Shown in pieces: positions 54,001 to 64,000 of a stretch of DNA of 64,000 bases (its first letter is position 1; each line of letters begins with the position of its first letter). The stretch lies in NCBI GenBank assembly GCA_964057225.1, contig OZ059897.1, forward strand, positions 21,266,001 through 21,330,000, given 5' to 3'. Source of the stretch: Auanema rhodensis. Taxonomy: Eukaryota > Animalia > Nematoda. The position numbers and the translations under genes were made by a program. The notes under the pieces are model-generated. The model did not search any database. It saw only the letters and a program-made list of their open reading frames with translations, and was not told the origin of the DNA.

Positions 54001-55924
54001 ACTTTGAAATTTACGTGAACTTTAATTTATGCTAATTAAATGTACACGTGATGTGCACTTGGTATGTAACTCGCTTCACGTGAAAGATAAAGAGATGCGG
54101 TTTTCAAAATTAGATTCCCCATGTCCATATTAGTCTAAAAACAAATTTTTATTGATATTGGTGCATGGTAACCAAGACTTTGAAATTTACGTGAACTTTA
54201 ATTTATGCTAATTAAATGTACACGTGATGTGCACTTGGTATGTAACTCGCTTCACGTGAAAGATGAAGAGATGCGGTTTTCAAAATTAGATTCCCCATGT
54301 CCATATTAGTCTAAAAACAAATTTTTATTGATATTGGTTCATGGTAACCATGACTTTGAAATTTACGTGAACTTTAATTTATGCTAATTAAATGTACACG
54401 TGATGTGCACTTGGTATGTAACTCGCTTCACGTGAAAGATAAAGAGATGCGGTTTTCAAAATTAGATTCCCCATGTCCATATTAGTCTAAAAACAAATTT
54501 TTATCGATATTGGTTCATGGTAACCATGACTTTGAAATTTACGTGAACTTTAATTTATGCTAATTAGATGTACACGTGATGTGCACTTGGTATGTAACTC
54601 GCTTCACGTGAAAGATAAAGAGATGCGGTTTTCAAAATTAGATTCCCCATGTCCATATTAGTCTAAAAACAAATTTTTATTGATATTGGTGCATGGTAAC
54701 CATGACTTTGAAATTTACGTGAACTTTAATTTATGCTAATTAAATGTACACGTGATGTGCACTTGGTATGTAACTCGCTTCACGAGAAAGATAAAGAGAT
54801 GCGGTTTTCAAAATTAGATTCCCCATGTCCATATTAGTCTAAAAACAAATTTTTATTGATATTGGTTCATGGTAACCATGACTTTGAAATTTACGTGAAC
54901 TTTAATTTATGCTAATTAAATGTACACGTGATGTGCACTTGGTATGTAACTCGCTTCACGTGAAAGATAAAGAGATGCGGTTTTCAAAATTAGATTCCCC
55001 ATGTCCATATTAGTCTAAAAACAAATTTTTATCGATATTGGTTCATGGTAACCATGACTTTGAAATTTACGTGAACTTTAATTTATGCTAATTAAATGTA
55101 CATGTGATGTGCACTTGGTATGTAACTCGCTTCACGTGAAAGATAAAGAGATGCGGTTTTCAAAATTAGATTCCCCATGTCCATATTAGTCTAAAAAAAA
55201 ATTTTTATTGATATTGGTTCATGGTAACCATGACTTTGAAATTTACGTGAACTTTAATTTATGCTAATTAAATGTACACGTGATGTGCACTTGGTATGTA
55301 ACTCGCTTCACGTGAAAGATAAAGAGATGCGGTTTTCAAAATTAGATTCCCCATGTCCATATTAGTCTAAAAACAAATTTTTATCGATATTGGTTCATGG
55401 TAACCATGACTTTGAAATTTACGTGAACTTTAATTTATGCTAATTAAATGTACACGTGATGTGCACTTGGTATGTAACTCGCTTCACGTGAAAGATAAAG
55501 AGATGCGGTTTTCAAAATTATATTCCCCATGTCCATATTAGTCTGAAAACAAATTTTTATTGATATTGGTGCATGGTAACCATGACTTTGAAATTTACGT
55601 GAACTTTAATTTATGCTAATTAAATGTACACGTGATGTGCACTTGGTATGGAACTCGCTTCACGTGAAAGATAAAGAGATGCGGTTTTCAAAATTAGATT
55701 CCCCATGTCCATATTAGTCTAAAAACAAATTTTTATTGATATTGGTTCATGGTAACCATGACTTTGAAATTTACGTGAACTTTAATTTATGCTAATTAAA
55801 TGTACACGTGATGTGCACTTGGTATGTAACTCGCTTCACGTGAAAGATAAAGAGATGCGGTTTTCAAAATTATATTCCCCATGTCCATATTAGTCTGAAA
55901 ACAAATTTTTATTGATATTGGTGC

Positions 55925-58900
55925 ATGGTAACCATGACTTTGAAATTTACGTGAACTTTAATTTATGCTAATTAAATGTACACGTGATGTGCACTTGGTA
56001 TGGAACTCGCTTCACGTGAAAGATAAAGAGATGCGGTTTTCAAAATTAGATTCCCCATGTCCATATTAGTCTAAAAACAAATTTTTATTGATATTGGTTC
56101 ATGGTAACCATGACTTTGAAATTTACGTGAACTTTAATTTATGCTAATTAAATGTACACGTGATGTGCACTTGGTATGTAACTCGCTTCACGTAAAAGAT
56201 AAAGAGATGCGGTTTTCAAAATTAGATTCCCCATGTCCATATTAGTCTAAAAACAAATTTTTATTGATATTGGTTCATGGTAACCATGACTTTGAAATTT
56301 ACGTGAACTTTAATTTATGCTAATTAAATGTACACGTGATGTGCACTTGGTATGTAACTCGCTTCACGTGAAAGATAAAGAGATGCGGTTTTCAAAATTA
56401 GATTCCCCATGTCCATATTAGTCTAAAAACAAATTTTTATTGATATTGGTGCATGGTAACCATGACTTTGAAATTTACGTGAACTTTAATTTATGCTAAT
56501 TAAATGTACACGTGATGTGCACTTGGTATGGAACTCGCTTCACGTGAAAGATAAAGAGATGCGGTTTTCAAAATTAGATTCCCCATGTCCATATTAGTCT
56601 AAAAACAAATTTTTATTGATATTGGTTCATGGTAACCATGACTTTGAAATTTACGTGAACTTTAATTTATGCTAATTAAATGTACACGTGATGTGCACTT
56701 GGTATGTAACTCGCTTCACGTGAAAGATAAAGAGATTCGGTTTTCAAAATTAGATTCCCCATGTCCATATTAGTCTAAAAACAAATTTTTATTGATATTG
56801 GTGCATGGTAACCATGACTTTGAAATTTACGTGAACTTTAATTTATGCTAATTAAATGTACACGTGATGTGCACTTGGTATGTAACTCGCTTCACGAGAA
56901 AGATAAAGAGATGCGGTTTTCAAAATTAGATTCCCCATGTCCATATTAGTCTAAAAACAAATTTTTATTGATATTGGTTCATGGTAACCATGACTTTGAA
57001 ATTTACGTGAACTTTAATTTATGCTAATTAAATGTACACGTGATGTGCACTTGGTATGTAACTCGCTTCACGTGAAAGATAAAGAGATGCGGTTTTCAAA
57101 ATTAGATTCCCCATGTCCATATTAGTCTAAAAACAAATTTTTATTGATATTGGTTCATGGTAACCATGACTTTGAAATTTACGTGAACTTTAATTTATGC
57201 TAATTAAATGTACACGTGATGTGCACTTGGTATGTAACTCACTTCACGTGAAAGATAAAGAGATGCGGTTTTCAAAATTAGATTCCCCATGTCCATATTA
57301 GTCTAAAAACAAATTTTTATCGATATTGGTTCATGGTAACCATGACTTTGAATTTTACGTGAACTTTAATTTATGCTAATTAAATGTACACGTGATGTGC
57401 ACTTGGTATGTAACTCGCTTCACGTGAAAGATAAAGAGATTCGGTTTTCAAAATTAGATTCCCCATGTCCATATTAGTCTAAAAACAAATTTTTATCGAT
57501 ATTGGTTCATGGTAACCATGACTTTGAAATTTACGTGAACTTTAATTTATGCTAATTAAATGTACACGTGATGTGCACTTGGTATGTAACTCGCTTCACG
57601 TGAAAGATAAAGAGATGCGGTTTTCAAAATTAGATTCCCCATGTCCATATTAGTCTAAAAACAAATTTTTATTGATATTGGTGCATGGTAACCATGACTT
57701 TGAAATTTACGTGAACTTTAATTTATGCTAATTAAATGTACACGTGATGTGCACTTGGTATGTAACTCGCTTCACGAGAAAGATAAAGAGATGCGGTTTT
57801 CAAAATTAGATTCCCCATGTCCATATTAGTCTAAAAACAAATTTTTATTGATATTGGTTCATGGTAACCATGACTTTGAAATTTACGTGAACTTTAATTT
57901 ATGCTAATTAAATGTACACGTGATGTGCACTTGGTATGTAACTCGCTTCACGTGAAAGATAAAGAGATGCGGTTTTCAAAATTAGATTCCCCATGTCTAT
58001 ATTAGTCTAAAAACAAATTTTTATTGATATTGGTTCATGGTAACCATGACTTTGAAATTTACGTGAACTTTAATTTATGCTAATTAAATGTACACGTGAT
58101 GTGCACTTGGTATGTAACTCACTTCACGTGAAAGATAAAGAGATGCGGTTTTCAAAATTAGATTCCCCATGTCCATATTAGTCTAAAAACAAATTTTTAT
58201 CGATATTGGTTCATGGTAACCATGACTTTGAAATTTACGTGAACTTTAATTTATGCTAATTAAATGTACACGTGATGTGCACTTGGTATGTAACTCGCTT
58301 CACGTGAAAGATAAAGAGATTCGGTTTTCAAAATTAGATTCCCCATGTCCATATTAGTCTAAAAACAAATTTTTATCGATATTGGTTCATGGTAACCATG
58401 ACTTTGAAATTTACGTGAACTTTAATTTATGCTAATTAAATGTACACGTGATGTGCACTTGGTATGTAACTCGCTTCACGTGAAAGATAAAGAGATGCGG
58501 TTTTCAAAATTAGATTCCCCATGTCCATATTAGTCTAAAAACAAATTTTTATTGATATTGGTGCATGGTAACCATGACTTTGAAATTTACGTGAACTTTA
58601 ATTTATGCTAATTAAATGTACACGTGATGTGCACTTGGTATGTAACTCGCTTCACGTAAAAGATAAAGAGATTCGGTTTTCAAAATTAGATTCCCCATGT
58701 CCATATTAGTCTAAAAACAAATTTTTATTGATATTGGTTCATGGTAACCATGACTTTGAAATTTACGTGAACTTTAATTTATGCTAATTAAATGTACACG
58801 TGATGTGCACTTGGTATGTAACTCGCTTCACGTGAAAGATAAAGAGATGCGGTTTTCAAAATTAGATTCCCCATGTCCATATTAGTCTAAAAACAAATTT

Positions 58901-61900
58901 TTATCGATATTGGTTCATGGTAACCATGACTTTGAAATTTACGTGAACTTTAATTTATGCTAATTAAATGTACACGTGATGTGCACTTGGTATGTAACTC
59001 GCTTCACGTGAAAGATAAAGAGATGCGGTTTTCAAAATTATATTCCCCATGTCCATATTAGTCTGAAAACAAATTTTTATTGATATTGGTGCATGGTAAC
59101 CATGACTTTGAAATTTACGTGAACTTTAATTTATGCTAATTAAATGTACACGTGATGTGCACTTGGTATGGAACTCGCTTCACGTGAAAGATAAAGAGAT
59201 GCGGTTTTCAAAATTAGATTCCCCATGTCCATATTAGTCTAAAAACAAATTTTTATTGATATTGGTTCATGGTAACCATGACTTTGAAATTTACGTGAAC
59301 TTTAATTTATGCTAATTAAATGTACACGTGATGTGCACTTGGTATGTAACTCGCTTCACGTGAAAGATAAAGAGATTCGGTTTTCAAAATTAGATTCCCC
59401 ATGTCCATATTAGTCTAAAAACAAATTTTTATTGATATTGGTGCATGGTAACCATGACTTTGAAATTTACGTGAACTTTAATTTATGCTAATTAAATGTA
59501 CACGTGATGTGCACTTGGTATGTAACTCGCTCCACGTGAAAGATAAAGAGATGCGGTTTTCAAAACTAGATTCCCCATGTCCATATTAGTCTAAAAACAA
59601 ATTTTTATTGATATTGGTGCATGGTAACCATGACTTTGAAATTTACGTGAACTTTAATTTATGCTAATTAAATGTACACGTGATGTGCACTTGGTATGTA
59701 ACTCGCTTCACGAGAAAGATAAAGAGATGCGGTTTTCAAAATTAGATTCCCCATGTCCATATTAGTCTAAAAACAAATTTTTATTGATATTGGTTCATGG
59801 TAACCATGACTTTGAAATTTACGTGAACTTTAATTTATGCTAATTAAATGTACACGTGATGTGCACTTGGTATGTAACTCGCTTCACGTGAAAGATAAAG
59901 AGATGCGGTTTTCAAAATTAGATTCCCCATGTCCATATTAGTCTAAAAACAAATTTTTATTGATATTGGTTCATGGTAACCATGACTTTGAAATTTACGT
60001 GAACTTTAATTTATGCTAATTAAATGTACACGTGATGTGCACTTGGTATGTAACTCGCTTCACGTGAAAGATAAAGAGATGCGGTTTTCAAAATTAGATT
60101 CCCCATGTCCATATTAGTCTAAAAACAAATTTTTATCGATATTGGTTCATGGTAACCATGACTTTGAAATTTACGTGAACTTTAATTTATGCTAATTAAA
60201 TGTACACGTGATGTGCACTTGGTATGTAACTCGCTTCACGTGAAAGATAAAGAGATGCGGTTTTCAAAATTAGATTCCCCATGTCCATATTAGTCTAAAA
60301 ACAAATTTTTATTGATATTGGTTCATGGTAACCATGACTTTGAAATTTACGTGAACTTTAATTTATGCTAATTAAATGTACACGTGATGTGCACTTGGTA
60401 TGTAACTCGCTCCACGTGAAAGATAAAGAGATGCGGTTTTCAAAATTAGATTCCCCATGTCCATATTAGTCTAAATACAAATTTTTATTGATATTGGTTC
60501 ATGGTAACCATGACTTTGAAATTTACGTGAACTTTAATTTATGCTAATTAAATGTACACGTGATGTGCACTTGGTATGTAACTCGCTTCACGTGAAAGAT
60601 AAAGAGATGCGGTTTTCAAAATTAGATTCCCCATGTCCATATTAGTCTAAAAACAAATTTTTATTGATATTGGTTCATGGTAACCATGACTTTGAAATTT
60701 ACGTGAACTTTATTTTATGCTAATTAAATGTACACGTGATGTGCACTTGGTATGTAACTCGCTTCACGTAAAAAATGAAGAGATGCGGTTTTCAAAATTA
60801 GATTCCCCATGTCCATATTAGTCTAAAAACAAATTTTTATCGATATTGGTTCATGGTAACCATGACTTTGAAATTTACGTGAACTTTAATTTATGCTAAT
60901 TAAATGTACACGTGATGTGCACTTGGTATGTAACTCGCTTCACGTGAAAGATAAAGAGATGCGGTTTTCAAAATTAGATTCCCCATGTCCATATTAGTCT
61001 AAAAACAAATTTTTATTGATATTGGTTCATGGTAACCATGACTTTGAAATTTACGTGAACTTTAATTTATGCTAATTAAATGTACACGTGATGTGCACTT
61101 GGTATGTAACTCGCTCCACGTGAAAGATAAAGAGATGCGGTTTTCAAAATTAGATTCCCCATGTCCATATTAGTCTAAAAACAAATTTTTATTGATATTG
61201 GTTCATGGTAACCATGACTTTGAAATTTACGTGAACTTTAATTTATGCTAATTAAATGTACACGTGATGTGCACTTGGTATGGAACTCGCTTCACGTGAA
61301 AGATAAAGAGATGCGGTTTTCAAAATTAGATTCCCCATGTCCATATTAGTCTAAAAACAAATTTTTATTGATATTGGTTCATGGTAACCATGACTTTGAA
61401 ATTTACGTGAACTTTAATTTATGCTAATTAAATGTACACGTGATGTGCACTTGGTATGTAACTCGCTTCACGTAAAAGATAAAGAGATGCGGTTTTCAAA
61501 ATTAGATTCCCCATGTCCATATTAGTCTAAAAACAAATTTTTATTGATATTGGTTCATGGTAACCATGACTTTGAAATTTACGTGAACTTTAATTTATGC
61601 TAATTAAATGTACACGTGATGTGCACTTGGTATGTAACTCGCTTCACGTGAAAGATAAAGAGATGCGGTTTTCAAAATTAGATTCCCCATGTCCATATTA
61701 GTCTAAAAACAAATTTTTATTGATATTGGTGCATGGTAACCATGACTTTGAAATTTACGTGAACTTTAATTTATGCTAATTAAATGTACACGTGATGTGC
61801 ACTTGGTATGGAACTCGCTTCACGTGAAAGATAAAGAGATGCGGTTTTCAAAATTAGATTCCCCATGTCCATATTAGTCTAAAAACAAATTTTTATTGAT

Positions 61901-64000
61901 ATTGGTTCATGGTAACCATGACTTTGAAATTTACGTGAACTTTAATTTATGCTAATTAAATGTACACGTGATGTGCACTTGGTATGTAACTCGCTTCACG
62001 TGAAAGATAAAGAGATTCGGTTTTCAAAATTAGATTCCCCATGTCCATATTAGTCTAAAAACAAATTTTTATTGATATTGGTGCATGGTAACCATGACTT
62101 TGAAATTTACGTGAACTTTAATTTATGCTAATTAAATGTACACGTGATGTGCACTTGGTATGTAACTCGCTTCACGAGAAAGATAAAGAGATGCGGTTTT
62201 CAAAATTAGATTCCCCATGTCCATATTAGTCTAAAAACAAATTTTTATTGATATTGGTTCATGGTAACCATGACTTTGAAATTTACGTGAACTTTAATTT
62301 ATGCTAATTAAATGTACACGTGATGTGCACTTGGTATGTAACTCGCTTCACGTGAAAGATAAAGAGATGCGGTTTTCAAAATTAGATTCCCCATGTCCAT
62401 ATTAGTCTAAAAACAAATTTTTATTGATATTGGTTCATGGTAACCATGACTTTGAAATTTACGTGAACTTTAATTTATGCTAATTAAATGTACACGTGAT
62501 GTGCACTTGGTATGTAACTCACTTCACGTGAAAGATAAAGAGATGCGGTTTTCAAAATTAGATTCCCCATGTCCATATTAGTCTAAAAACAAATTTTTAT
62601 CGATATTGGTTCATGGTAACCATGACTTTGAATTTTACGTGAACTTTAATTTATGCTAATTAAATGTACACGTGATGTGCACTTGGTATGTAACTCGCTT
62701 CACGTGAAAGATAAAGAGATTCGGTTTTCAAAATTAGATTCCCCATGTCCATATTAGTCTAAAAACAAATTTTTATCGATATTGGTTCATGGTAACCATG
62801 ACTTTGAAATTTACGTGAACTTTAATTTATGCTAATTAAATGTACACGTGATGTGCACTTGGTATGTAACTCGCTTCACGTGAAAGATAAAGAGATGCGG
62901 TTTTCAAAATTAGATTCCCCATGTCCATATTAGTCTAAAAACAAATTTTTATTGATATTGGTGCATGGTAACCATGACTTTGAAATTTACGTGAACTTTA
63001 ATTTATGCTAATTAAATGTACACGTGATGTGCACTTGGTATGTAACTCGCTTCACGAGAAAGATAAAGAGATGCGGTTTTCAAAATTAGATTCCCCATGT
63101 CCATATTAGTCTAAAAACAAATTTTTATTGATATTGGTTCATGGTAACCATGACTTTGAAATTTACGTGAACTTTAATTTATGCTAATTAAATGTACACG
63201 TGATGTGCACTTGGTATGTAACTCGCTTCACGTGAAAGATAAAGAGATGCGGTTTTCAAAATTAGATTCCCCATGTCTATATTAGTCTAAAAACAAATTT
63301 TTATTGATATTGGTTCATGGTAACCATGACTTTGAAATTTACGTGAACTTTAATTTATGCTAATTAAATGTACACGTGATGTGCACTTGGTATGTAACTC
63401 ACTTCACGTGAAAGATAAAGAGATGCGGTTTTCAAAATTAGATTCCCCATGTCCATATTAGTCTAAAAACAAATTTTTATCGATATTGGTTCATGGTAAC
63501 CATGACTTTGAAATTTACGTGAACTTTAATTTATGCTAATTAAATGTACACGTGATGTGCACTTGGTATGTAACTCGCTTCACGTGAAAGATAAAGAGAT
63601 TCGGTTTTCAAAATTAGATTCCCCATGTCCATATTAGTCTAAAAACAAATTTTTATCGATATTGGTTCATGGTAACCATGACTTTGAAATTTACGTGATA
63701 TTTAATTTATGCTAATTAAATGTACACGTGATGTGCACTTGGTATGTAACTCGCTTCACGTGAAAGATAAAGAGATGCGGTTTTCAAAATTAGATTCCCC
63801 ATGTCCATATTAGTCTAAAAACAAATTTTTATTGATATTGGTGCATGGTAACCATGACTTTGAAATTTACGTGAACTTTAATTTATGCTAATTAAATGTA
63901 CACGTGATGTGCACTTGGTATGTAACTCGCTTCACGTAAAAGATAAAGAGATTCGGTTTTCAAAATTAGATTCCCCATGTCCATATTAGTCTAAAAACAA
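55925..64000. repeat. Block of ~16 B monomers (~55925-58720) duplicated at a 5280-bp (30-monomer) offset (~61205-64000)
   Basis: Markers 56003/61283, 57241/62521, 57353/62633, 57998/63278, 58121/63401 are all 5280 bp apart. Confidence 0.88.

Larger units (their letters stand above)
17216..64000. repeat. Satellite DNA array B, 176-bp monomer, head-to-tail (~266 monomers; continues beyond window)
   Basis: CATGGTAACCATGACTTTGAAATTTACGTGAAC... recurs at 17217, 17393, 17569 and so on to the window end. Period is 176 bp with occasional 1-bp indels; about 32% GC; typically only a few differences per monomer; one orientation throughout. Confidence 0.99.

Noticed and set aside
1-64000. CRISPR-like array suggested by regularly spaced palindromes
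   Set aside because: The sequence between palindromes is the same in every unit, so there are no unique spacers, and no cas genes are present.
1-64000. Assignment to named satellites of similar length (Drosophila 1.688/359-bp, honeybee 176-bp AluI, Arabidopsis CEN178, alpha satellite, Tribolium ~350-bp families)
   Set aside because: Only the lengths are similar. I do not recognise the sequences, and the B consensus lacks an AGCT site. A database search is needed.

Overview
This window is entirely non-coding, AT-rich (~31-32% GC) tandem satellite DNA, almost certainly eukaryotic heterochromatin (centromeric or pericentromeric-type; the species cannot be determined from sequence alone). It holds two different, highly homogeneous arrays. 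Satellite A has a 351-bp monomer (49 full copies plus a 72-bp partial copy, 1-17194). Satellite B has a 176-bp monomer (~266 copies, 17216-64000, running off the window end). They meet at one abrupt junction with no degenerate edge monomers. The junction consists of an 11-bp filler plus a perfect 35-bp palindrome (17206-17240) that extends B's own internal dyad by fold-back. Both monomers are rich in dyads and hairpins, their lengths are about 2:1, and they share a weak, identically spaced TAnCT-N13-AGnTA motif block. Diagnostic SNPs and indels reveal many local higher-order duplications (2- to ~22-mers, plus a 30-monomer-offset block), a recurrent 27-bp hairpin deletion, a long-range 2-monomer transfer and a mappable intra-monomer crossover. 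No genes, RNA genes, CRISPR array or autonomous mobile element are supported. The three 60-aa ORFs are artefacts of one stop-loss SNP in satellite B.
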